Source: an uncultured delta proteobacterium
Lineage (GTDB): Bacteria > Desulfobacterota > Desulfuromonadia > Geobacterales > Pseudopelobacteraceae
Length of the DNA: 64,000 bases
Direction: 5' to 3'
Assembly: GCA_963772835.1 (NCBI GenBank)
Contig: CAVYYZ010000009.1
Coordinates: 32,001-96,000 of the forward strand
Shown: positions 40,642 to 49,095 of the stretch, one piece after another
How the letters are laid out: each line of letters starts with the position of its first letter
How positions within the stretch are numbered: the first letter of the stretch is position 1
Notes under the pieces: generated by a model
Databases searched by the model: none
Told to the model about the DNA's origin: nothing
The model's input: only the letters and a program-made list of their open reading frames with translations
Translations under genes and position numbers: made by a program

Positions 40642-42858
40642 ATGAACAACCTGATTGTTAACAAGTACCTGCTGAAGAAGAAAATCTCCACGTTCGAAAA
40701 TGGTACGGTACTGTACCAGGCAGAGGAAATTTCCACCGGGGTCTCGTATTTTATCAAGGCTTTCAGGGGTGGGCAGAACGGTGATGCTGCCAAACTCCGT
40801 GACAGTTTTTATGCAGAAGCTAAAAACCTTGCCCATCTGAACCATGCCAATATTCTCCAAACCATCGATTTTTTTGAAGAGAATGAGGTTTTTTACCTGG
40901 TACAGGAGCATTTCGGGGCGTTCCGACTGGATGAGATTATCAATCATCATGGCGGCAACAAAGAACTGCCGACACTTCATGTCATCAAGCAGGTGTTGAA
41001 AGCGCTCTCGTTTGCCCACAGTCGCGGGCTCATCCACCGGGGAGTAAGTGCGACAAATGTTTTTGTGGCCAAAAACGGTCTGGTCAAGCTGGACGGATTT
41101 GGCGCATCAAGTCATATGCCGACAGAAGCGGGGAGCAGCGCTGCCTTTTTTGCCGCCGCAGGATATATGAGCCCCGAACAGATTGTAAACCCCAAGGCGA
41201 TTGATACACGCTCTGATGTCTATTCAGTCGGTATGTTGATGTATCAGATGCTGACCGGTGCACCACCCCGGGAAGCCGGTTCAACCATTATCCAGTTGAT
41301 GCGGCAGATGGAGGAGGATATCTCTGACATACGTGAAAAACTTCCCGAACTTGATGGTGATCTGGCAGCAATAATTCACCGCGCCCTTTCACGGTCGCCC
41401 GACCATCGTTTCCAGAGCGGCGACGAATTTATTGCCGCCCTGGAGCGCTATCAGCACCGTGACAAGCTTGACCGCGAGGCCCGGGAAAAAGCGGCTGAAG
41501 GCAAACTGCGTCGACGACTGTTTGTGCTCCGCAGCACCGCTGCCATCGCCATGCTGGTAATTCTGACCTGGGGCGGCTGGTACCTGTTTTTTGCCGAGCG
41601 GATTGAAACAGTCCTCAGGCTGCAAGGTTCAAATACCATCGGTGCCAAACTCGCCCCGGCCCTGGCGGAAGAATTCCTGAAACGAAAAGGGGCAAACAGA
41701 ACACGACGTGAACCGGGTGCGAACGATGAAGAGGTCAGGATTGTCGGCAGCATGGGGGGGAGCAGGGCATGGGCGGTGGAAATCAAGTCTCATGGTTCCT
41801 CCACCGCCTTCGAAGGGCTCGAAAAAGCGCAATGCGATATCGGCATGGCTTCGCGCCCAATCAAGAAAGTGGAATCTGAAAAATTGTCTGCTTTGGGCGA
41901 TATGACTCAGTACGGAAGCGAACATGTCATCGGTCTTGATGGTCTGGCGGTGATTGTGAACGTAGCCAACCCGCTAACAGCGGCAAGCAAGGACACTCTT
42001 GCCCGCATTTTTGCCGGAGAAACAGGCTCCTGGAAGGATGTCGGCGGCAATGACAAGGCAATCAGTCTCTATGCCCGGGATGACAATTCCGGAACGTATG
42101 ATACCTTCAAAAGCCTGGTTCTGGACAAGAAAAAGTTGAGCGCCGGCGCCAAACGCTATGAGGACAGTAACCAGCTATCCTCCGATGTCGCCGGCAACCC
42201 GGCTGGCATCGGCTTCATCGGGCTCCCGTATATAAAAAGCTGCAAGGCGCTGGCAATTTCGGCGAGCGCTGCCGGGGGTGCGATTTACCCGAATGTATTT
42301 ACCGTTGCACAGGAGGAGTACCCGCTGTCACGCCGCCTCTACATGTATGTTGCGCCAAAGATCGGTAACCCCCTGGCAAGAGATTTCATAGAATTTGTGC
42401 TTTCGGACGACGGGCAGGAGATTGCAGAAAAGAACGGTTTTGTTTCTCTCAAGGTTCGTGCCGAAACACCGTTGTTGCCGGACAACGTGCCGGCGGAATT
42501 CAGAGCCATGGTGGATGGTGCGGAACGGCTGTCGCTCTCCTTCAGGTTTCGCCCTGATACGATCAGCTTCGACAACCGCTCACGGCGCGATTTCGACCGC
42601 CTCATTCACGCGCTTGATCGCAAGGAACTGCAGGGGCGTAAAGTCATGCTGTTCGGTTTCAGCGATATGAGCGAAGGGAAAAAATCAACAGAGACCGCCG
42701 AACAGTGGGCAAAAATGGTGGCCGGTGAATTGACGTCGCGTGGCGTGAACGCTTCTGTGGTCATGGGGCTGGGCTCTGTAGCGCAGCTTGCGGAGGGTGG
42801 TTCCAGCGATGGGAAAATCCGCAATAACAGGGTCGAAGTATGGCTGTCCCGTCGATGA
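40642..42858 (+). CDS. Ser/Thr (pseudo)kinase - TM - PstS-like phosphate-binding domain - OmpA-like domain fusion
   Basis: Kinase: FIK, LNHANI, HRGVSATN, DGFG, YMSPEQ, SDVYSVG. TM helix. PstS: GSNTIG, GSSTAF, ASRPI, RDDNSGT. OmpA-like: FGFSD...NNRVEV. Confidence 0.9.
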   Translation: MNNLIVNKYLLKKKISTFENGTVLYQAEEISTGVSYFIKAFRGGQNGDAAKLRDSFYAEAKNLAHLNHANILQTIDFFEENEVFYLVQEHFGAFRLDEIINHHGGNKELPTLHVIKQVLKALSFAHSRGLIHRGVSATNVFVAKNGLVKLDGFGASSHMPTEAGSSAAFFAAAGYMSPEQIVNPKAIDTRSDVYSVGMLMYQMLTGAPPREAGSTIIQLMRQMEEDISDIREKLPELDGDLAAIIHRALSRSPDHRFQSGDEFIAALERYQHRDKLDREAREKAAEGKLRRRLFVLRSTAAIAMLVILTWGGWYLFFAERIETVLRLQGSNTIGAKLAPALAEEFLKRKGANRTRREPGANDEEVRIVGSMGGSRAWAVEIKSHGSSTAFEGLEKAQCDIGMASRPIKKVESEKLSALGDMTQYGSEHVIGLDGLAVIVNVANPLTAASKDTLARIFAGETGSWKDVGGNDKAISLYARDDNSGTYDTFKSLVLDKKKLSAGAKRYEDSNQLSSDVAGNPAGIGFIGLPYIKSCKALAISASAAGGAIYPNVFTVAQEEYPLSRRLYMYVAPKIGNPLARDFIEFVLSDDGQEIAEKNGFVSLKVRAETPLLPDNVPAEFRAMVDGAERLSLSFRFRPDTISFDNRSRRDFDRLIHALDRKELQGRKVMLFGFSDMSEGKKSTETAEQWAKMVAGELTSRGVNASVVMGLGSVAQLAEGGSSDGKIRNNRVEVWLSRR

Positions 42859-43820
42859 TTTTTTATGACTCACCACCTGAGGCACACATTCCGGTTCATA
42901 TCATGTCCATGACAACACTTGAACAGACCCGTCAGGCCCTGGCAACCTATTTCATGTTTTCCACTGCCGAGGGGAGGGATCTTCCGGACACTGTTATCCT
43001 GTCGATTCTTCTGGCCAAAAAGGAAGCTATTACGCAGAATGACCGGCGCTTTGAGCGGCTCATGCTGGATGTAGGAAAATATTGCGATGAACGTCTTGAC
43101 GATGCAAACAATGCCGGCAAAACCGGCCGGAAAAATTTCCATCGCCTGGTTGATATACTCCACCGGATGGAGGAGGCCTCACAGTTCATCAATAAAATGG
43201 TTTTTTTTGCGCGTGGAATCCCCGATTGCGATACCCTGAACGTGCTTTCTTCCAGCTGGAATGAGTTAAACACCATCAAACCGGGACTTTTCAGGGAGTT
43301 ACTGCTTGACGATCTTCTCACCAGCGACCTGCCGGGAAGGATGGGGCGCAAACGTATAACCAATATACTGGATGGACTCGAATGCCTTTCCCAAGGCACG
43401 GGAACCATGCAGGATATTCTGCAGCGACTGGAGAGGGTAGAGCGAGAGGAACAGATCCTCGTAAGCGTTGTGACCTGCATCCAGGAGGCAATCGGAAGCC
43501 GTTACGGATTGCTGGCCGGAGATGGTGAACGGGATACAATCAAGCGGATTGTATCAATTGAGTTGCGCCACAAGCGGCTCCTGAACGGAGACATCCCCGA
43601 CAATCTTTTCGACGTCGGTCTGCGGCTCGCAAAAAGTTCACTGATGTATATGAACACGCTTCTTCCAATTATTTTTTCACAGGGCGACGCCGGATTGCGG
43701 GAGGAATTCATACGGGATTCCGGGCTCGACAGACTCCTCGTGGAAGAATTGGAAGAATTCTGGTGCATCCGGGAAAACCTGCCGCCACACAGATTGGATT
43801 CGATCCGCAGCAGATCATAA
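42855..43820 (+). CDS. Paralog of the C-terminal half of the TIGR04442-like protein at 5968-7806
   Basis: Colinear similarity, e.g. LMLDVGKYCDE vs LMLDASKECDE and LREEFIRDSGLDRLLVEELE vs LREDFLENSGLDRFYVEELE; ATGA overlap with the upstream gene. Confidence 0.85.
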   Translation: MIFYDSPPEAHIPVHIMSMTTLEQTRQALATYFMFSTAEGRDLPDTVILSILLAKKEAITQNDRRFERLMLDVGKYCDERLDDANNAGKTGRKNFHRLVDILHRMEEASQFINKMVFFARGIPDCDTLNVLSSSWNELNTIKPGLFRELLLDDLLTSDLPGRMGRKRITNILDGLECLSQGTGTMQDILQRLERVEREEQILVSVVTCIQEAIGSRYGLLAGDGERDTIKRIVSIELRHKRLLNGDIPDNLFDVGLRLAKSSLMYMNTLLPIIFSQGDAGLREEFIRDSGLDRLLVEELEEFWCIRENLPPHRLDSIRSRS

Positions 43821-43821
43821 A

Positions 43822-43965
43822 CGTGCCCTGGCTTAAGAAGGGGGGTATTTCCTTGCAAGGAAATCAGGGCGCTGCGCGGCAGGCGTACAGTGGTACGCCG
43901 CACAAGCAAAGCAGAAGTTTGACGCCGCCAGGGGGGAAAAAGCACCCTTTATGGATGGACACTAT
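43822..43965. repeat. REP/MITE-like palindromic intergenic element
   Basis: Nested inverted repeats ATTTCCTTGCAAGGAAAT and GGCGTAC-agtg-GTACGCC; right end TTTATGGATGGACACTA. Confidence 0.55.
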
Positions 43966-44259
43966 TTAGAAATCAAGCATACGTCTGGAACTTTACACAT
44001 GACGGACGTGTTTACACGTCTCTCCCACTCCCGCCTTTCCGCCCGACTCGAGTGGATCTTCATTATCCTGATTGGCATTGAGATTATGATTTATCTGATG
44101 CAACTGTATCAAGGGAGTTGAACGGTATATATTGCGACTCCGCCTTATAAGAATCCCGCAACATTCGAAGTTTTTCAATCTGAATGTCCAATTCTGCAAA
44201 ACCACCCGGAAACGGCATACGGCACCACTCTGCTAAAGAGGCCACCCACCCGCGCATGG

Positions 44260-44442
44260 TTAGCACAACCCCGCTGCTATCGTACTGTTGATGACAACGC
44301 CATTTTTATCAGGTAATTCCATCGGCCTATGGCACGCGCCGCAATTGGTACCTCTGTTCAGTTTTGCCCAGAGCACGAGATTTTCAGAGTCACACCAATC
44401 GCAGCACCAGAAATAATAGTCTTCGTTTAGTCGTATTTTCAT
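44260..44442 (-). CDS. 60-aa Zn-ribbon-like microprotein
   Basis: GAGGGG RBS; WCCDWCDS...CGACH. Confidence 0.7.
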   Translation of the reverse strand: MKIRLNEDYYFWCCDWCDSENLVLWAKLNRGTNCGACHRPMELPDKNGVVINSTIAAGLC

Positions 44443-44552
44443 TTTTACGTTCCCCTCTCTTTTTTTCTCACAATACACTGCGATTATTACAAACGTGTGA
44501 AGGCCAGATAAATTTTTTGTTAATTTTTTGAGTATTCATAGCTGGATGCAAT

Positions 44553-44607
44553 TTCAACAGAATCTTTATACAGCTGCAATATGGCTGTAACAATTGCGTG
44601 CTACAAA
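44553..44607 (+). promoter_or_regulatory. Pho-box-like promoter of phoB
   Basis: TTCAACA/CTTTATA/TGCAATA/TGTAACA at 11-bp period, 9-nt spacer, TGc-TACAAA. Confidence 0.7.
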
Positions 44608-44663
44608 TGAGTAAGAGAGATATGGCCACTCGAATTACGGTAATACAGGAGCAGGAGGATGAG

Positions 44664-45348
44664 ATGAAGAGGGTGCTTATTATTGAAGACGAAAAAGATT
44701 TAGCAGAGATTCTGGCCTTTAATCTTGAGAAAGAGGGATACACCGTAACCTGTGTTCATGATGGCAGGCAGGGGCTTGAGCGAGTCGGTTCAGATCTGCC
44801 GGATTTGGTCCTTTTGGACCTGATGCTGCCGGGACTGCCCGGAACCGATATCTGTAAGGCGCTTAGGAAGGATCAGCGCACTTATCAAATTCCGGTTATC
44901 ATGATAACGGCAAAAGGTGATGAAATTGACCGCGTTGCGGGATTTGAAGTCGGTGCCGATGATTATATTGTCAAACCCTTTTCCATGCGTGAAGCGGTCC
45001 TGCGCATAAACGCGGTCATGAGGCGCTATGAGCGGGAAATACAGCAGCCTGAATCTTGAATATCTTACTATCGGGGATATCGTCATTGATAAGAATCACC
45101 ATTCCGTAAAGAGCGCCGGCAGTGATGTTGATCTGACCAGCACCGAGTTCAAGCTGCTCCTCTTTCTTGCAGAGAAAAAGCAGTGTGTCCAGAGCCGCGA
45201 AAAACTTTTGCAGAATATTTGGTGCTGCACAAATCCTGGAGAGATGAGAACCGTTGATACTCATGTAACCCGCTTGCGCGGCAAACTGGGTGCGCCTGGC
45301 GGCATCATCAAGACCGTCCGGGGTTTCGGCTACAAGATCGAAGAATAA
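44664..45348 (+). CDS. phoB: PhoB-like OmpR-family response regulator; frameshift at ~45055
   Basis: Receiver (IEDE, LDLMLP, DDYIVKPF) in one frame and wHTH (LTSTEF, RTVDTHV.RLR.KL, IKTVRGFGY) in the next; upstream of pstS. Confidence 0.8.
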
Positions 45349-45547
45349 CGATAGGAATGGTTATGGGCATCCAGGCCAGGATCATTTTGGTCGCCACAAA
45401 CTGAACGGTGATAAACCATTCGGATGTGGTCGTGCCATTGTAATCATAGTATTCAACTGCATAGTGGAACTGCTTCAGCAACCGGCGAACCTGAAAACGA
45501 CACCCGGTTTTCGTCTCCATGTAATAATCATAAATGAGACATGAAAA

Positions 45548-45602
45548 ATTAACAGACAATTTTCAAAGCTGTAACATGTATGTAACAGCAATCTGATATA
45601 GT
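45548..45602 (+). promoter_or_regulatory. Pho-box promoter of pstS
   Basis: ATTAACA/ATTTTCA/TGTAACA/TGTAACA at 11-bp period, 9-nt spacer, TGa-TATAGT. Confidence 0.82.
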
Positions 45603-45643
45603 GCCAAATAGTAATGTAACACAAATTAAAGGAGGAACATTCA

Positions 45644-46609
45644 ATGTTCAAGAAGTCAATTCTGACCGCCGCACTGCTGACGGTCACCGTAGCAGCAGCC
45701 AATGCCGCACCAACCCATATCGATGCCAAGATTGCCGCGTACAAATCAACGTCCGGTGTAGCCGGCAACCTGAGCAGCATCGGTTCCGACACCCTCAACA
45801 ACCTGATGACCTACTGGGCAGAAGGGTTCAAGAAAAAATACCCGAATGTTAATATCCAGATCGAAGGGAAGGGTTCTACAACCGCTCCTCCTGCCCTGAT
45901 TGCCGGCACTGCCCAGCTCGGCCCCATGTCCCGCATGATGAAAAGCTCCGAAGTAGAAGGGTTCGAAAAAAAGTACGGCTACAAACCGACCAAAGTCGGT
46001 GTTGCACTCGATTCGCTCGCAGTATTCGTCAACAAGGACAACCCGATCAAAAGCCTGTCGCTTGATGAAGTAGATGCAATTTTCTCCAGCACCCATAAGC
46101 GCGGCCTTGCCGATATCACAACATGGGGACAACTGGGCGTCACCGGAAAACTGGCCGACAAGCCGATCAGCCTCTACGGCCGTAACTCCGCATCCGGCAC
46201 CTACGGTTACTTCAAGGAGCATACCCTCCACAAAGGTGACTACAAGAACACCGTTAAGGAACAGCCCGGCTCCGCTTCAGTGGTTGAAGGTATCGCCCAT
46301 GACATCTCGGGCATAGGCTATTCCGGTATCGGCTATGCCACCTCCGGTGTACGTGTCCTTGCGCTTTCCGACAAGAAGGGTGGCAAGGCAGAAGCTGCCA
46401 ACTATCAGAATGTACTTTCGGGAAAGTATCCGCTGTCCAGAATGCTCTACATATACGTTGCCAAAAAGCCGGGTGAACCGCTGCCCAAGGTTGTTGAAGA
46501 ATTCCTGAAATTTGCACTTTCCAAGGAAGGTCAGGAAATCGTTGTAAAGGACGGCTATGACCCGCTGACAGCCAAGATGATTACCGATCAGCTGAAGACG
46601 CTTAAATAA
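45644..46609 (+). CDS. pstS: Phosphate ABC transporter substrate-binding protein
   Basis: Signal peptide; GSDT, GSTT, MSR, RNSASGT, YPLSR. Confidence 0.94.
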   Translation: MFKKSILTAALLTVTVAAANAAPTHIDAKIAAYKSTSGVAGNLSSIGSDTLNNLMTYWAEGFKKKYPNVNIQIEGKGSTTAPPALIAGTAQLGPMSRMMKSSEVEGFEKKYGYKPTKVGVALDSLAVFVNKDNPIKSLSLDEVDAIFSSTHKRGLADITTWGQLGVTGKLADKPISLYGRNSASGTYGYFKEHTLHKGDYKNTVKEQPGSASVVEGIAHDISGIGYSGIGYATSGVRVLALSDKKGGKAEAANYQNVLSGKYPLSRMLYIYVAKKPGEPLPKVVEEFLKFALSKEGQEIVVKDGYDPLTAKMITDQLKTLK

Positions 46610-46625
46610 ATCTCCCTCACCCCAC

Positions 46626-46665
46626 GTAAAAGGGCCCCCTCCTTCCAGGAGGGGGCCCTTTTACA
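46626..46665. terminator. Bidirectional intrinsic terminator between pstS and pal
   Basis: GTAAAAGGGCCCCCTCCT-tcc-AGGAGGGGGCCCTTTTAC perfect stem. Confidence 0.9.
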
Positions 46666-46738
46666 TATAAGAACAGGTGATCATGCCGGGAAAAGGTTCA
46701 GCAGTTCAAATATACGATATTTCTTCCGGTCACTGCTA

Positions 46739-47317
46739 CTATCTCTGAATCACGAATTCATCTCTACGGTTTTTCGACCAGGCCGCTTCGTCGCTTCCCT
46801 GGACAGCCGGCTTCTCTTTGCCATAGCTGATTACTTCAAGTCTCTCCGGCTGCACACCCAGTGCCGTCAGATATTTAGCTGCCGATTTTGCGCGCAACTC
46901 ACCAAGTGCCAGGTTGTACTCTGCTGATCCACGCTCATCACAATTCCCTTCGATGCGCAACTTTACGTTTTTCTTGTTTTGCATCAGAACTTCTGCACTG
47001 CGACTAAGAGTGTCCCGTGCTGACTTACTTAAATCAGAGCTGTCAAAATCAAAGTAAATCTTATCAAATGCGGCTTCGATGACGGTTTGCTTGGCAGATT
47101 GATCCGCAGTCGATGCAGGCACAACCTGGACTGCCGGTGCCGTATTTTTCGTTTCGTCCGTTTTCTGAACAGCAGGTGTTGCAGGAAGACTTGCAACAGG
47201 TTTTACGGCAACAATCGGCTCATCCTTTTTAACAATATCCTTGTTAGCACACCCCACCGCTCCCAGCATTACCCCAAAACATCCTGCAACCACAGCAGCC
47301 TTACGATACATATTCAT
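46739..47317 (-). CDS. pal: Peptidoglycan-associated lipoprotein
   Basis: Lipobox AVGC; IYFDFDS, EGNCDERGS.EYNLALG, ISYGKEKP, NRRDEF. Confidence 0.93.
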   Translation of the reverse strand: MNMYRKAAVVAGCFGVMLGAVGCANKDIVKKDEPIVAVKPVASLPATPAVQKTDETKNTAPAVQVVPASTADQSAKQTVIEAAFDKIYFDFDSSDLSKSARDTLSRSAEVLMQNKKNVKLRIEGNCDERGSAEYNLALGELRAKSAAKYLTALGVQPERLEVISYGKEKPAVQGSDEAAWSKNRRDEFVIQR

Positions 47318-47343
47318 GTTTCTTCTCCTTTTCATTGTGTCTG

Positions 47344-47400
47344 TTGACACGAGATATTTCACGTGGTAATAATTTACTATACAAACTATTTCTGTGTCAA
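47344..47400. promoter_or_regulatory. Overlapping divergent sigma70 promoters (pal/marR) with an AT-rich operator-like palindrome
   Basis: TTGACA at 47344 (+) and 47400 (-), enclosing the imperfect palindrome TATTTCACGTGGTAATA. Confidence 0.55.
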
Positions 47401-47420
47401 ACTAAATTACGGGACGATTC

Positions 47421-47963
47421 ATGAGTGTGCATACTGCTGATGGTTCAGTGAACAATATAACCGGAACTTCTCGCGTATACCCGGACGAAGAACTCCTTGG
47501 AGAAATTTTCGAATGGCTCCACAATCTGACACACGTATTCAAAGAGAAATCCCGCGAAATTGAAAAAAATACGGGTCTGAGCAGAAATCTTGTGATGGCC
47601 ATGAAAGTAATTTCCACCCCCCATTCTAGCAGTGTTTCCGGGCTTGCCAAGCGGATGCACATCAATTCCGTCACAATGGTTCGTATTCTCGATCGATTGG
47701 AGAAGTTGGAGCTTATTACGAGGATACGGTCGACAAAAGACCGTCGTGTGGTCGAGATCAGGGTTACCGAGAAGGCCGGTGATCTTGAACTGATGCTTAA
47801 CAATATGACTCATGACATCCTGATGAGCTGTTTTGGGGCAGGCGATACATCTGAACTGATGGAAAAGCTTGCGACTCTGCAGAACCTGGCATCACGACTG
47901 GATGCCGGGAGCGTTGATTTTTCGAAAAATATGATCGTCGGAACCCTGAAGGAGAAGTATTAG
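47421..47963 (+). CDS. MarR family transcriptional regulator
   Basis: SVSGLAKRM...VRILDRLEKLELITR.RSTKDRR.V. Confidence 0.9.
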   Translation: MSVHTADGSVNNITGTSRVYPDEELLGEIFEWLHNLTHVFKEKSREIEKNTGLSRNLVMAMKVISTPHSSSVSGLAKRMHINSVTMVRILDRLEKLELITRIRSTKDRRVVEIRVTEKAGDLELMLNNMTHDILMSCFGAGDTSELMEKLATLQNLASRLDAGSVDFSKNMIVGTLKEKY

Positions 47964-48126
47964 CTCTACGTATGTGGTTAACTGAATGAGACATTCTTTT
48001 AAACGGTTTGTCCTCAAATGCAACAATTCGTTACTTAATCATAGTTGCACTAACAGGGAAATACAATACCTACATGAATCCAGTGCCAGGCATTATTGCT
48101 ACCCTTATGTGCACAAAGGGAAATAT

Positions 48127-49095
48127 ATGACGTATCTCTCAATAGTCATACCTGTTTACAACGCCGAAAAAAGCATAGCCTCACTGTGCCGTGAACTCAT
48201 GGTGCAACTTGCCGACCGCTATCGTCTTGAGATTGTTTTGATTAACGACTGCAGCAATGACGATACTGATGCCATCTGCAAACGACTTCATGCGGAGCAT
48301 CCTGAATCGGTTGTATACGCCGGACTGTCACGTAATTTTGGTGAACATAATGCCGTTATGGCCGGCCTACAACTGTCGCATGGCGACTATGTGGTCACCA
48401 TGGACGATGACTTCCAGAATCCACCGGAAGAAGTTGACCGATTGGTGAAGGAAATTCAGAAGGGCTTTGACGTAGTCTACTGTACATACCCAGAAAAGAA
48501 AGATAGTGTATTCCGTAACCTTGGCAGCTACCTGAATGGCAGCATGGCGCGGGTTGTCCTAAACAAACCTGCCAATCTCTATCTTTCCAGTTTTAAAGCC
48601 ATGAATCGATTTCTGGTTAATGAGATCATCACCTACACAACCCCCAATCCCTATCTGGACGCCATCATTCTGGGAATAACCCGCAGTATCGGGACGGTGG
48701 TGGTACGCCACGACCAGCGTCTGGCAGGCAGGTCCAGTTACACTCTATTAAAACTGACCGCTCTCTGGGGAAACATGATTGTCAGTTATTCCCTCATTCC
48801 GCTCCGCTTTCTGACTGTAACTGGGTTTGTCCTGACAATAATTGGTATTTACTCCGTGATCTCAATGGTACTGGGTAATTTAACTCCATTATTGGATAAT
48901 CCCAGTGACCTGGAAGAGCTTACCTCCGTCAGCATGTTTTTCAGAGGATTACAATTATTTGCCACCGGCATTGTGGGTGAGTACGTGGGGCGCATCTACC
49001 TCAAACTTAATGAAACGCCACAGTTCATCATCAGGGAGAAACTCACATCATATCAGGTTGGCAAAGCATCGGGAGGTGGCAACCATGGCGAGTGA
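48127..49095 (+). CDS. GT2 polyprenol-phosphate glycosyltransferase (GtrB/ArnC-like)
   Basis: IPVYN, NDCS.D, SRNFG, MDDDFQNPP; two C-terminal TM helices. Confidence 0.9.
   Translation: MTYLSIVIPVYNAEKSIASLCRELMVQLADRYRLEIVLINDCSNDDTDAICKRLHAEHPESVVYAGLSRNFGEHNAVMAGLQLSHGDYVVTMDDDFQNPPEEVDRLVKEIQKGFDVVYCTYPEKKDSVFRNLGSYLNGSMARVVLNKPANLYLSSFKAMNRFLVNEIITYTTPNPYLDAIILGITRSIGTVVVRHDQRLAGRSSYTLLKLTALWGNMIVSYSLIPLRFLTVTGFVLTIIGIYSVISMVLGNLTPLLDNPSDLEELTSVSMFFRGLQLFATGIVGEYVGRIYLKLNETPQFIIREKLTSYQVGKASGGGNHGE

Noticed and set aside
44260..44442. CGACH as a heme-binding motif
   Set aside because: No signal peptide, and a second CxxC pair points to a Zn ribbon.
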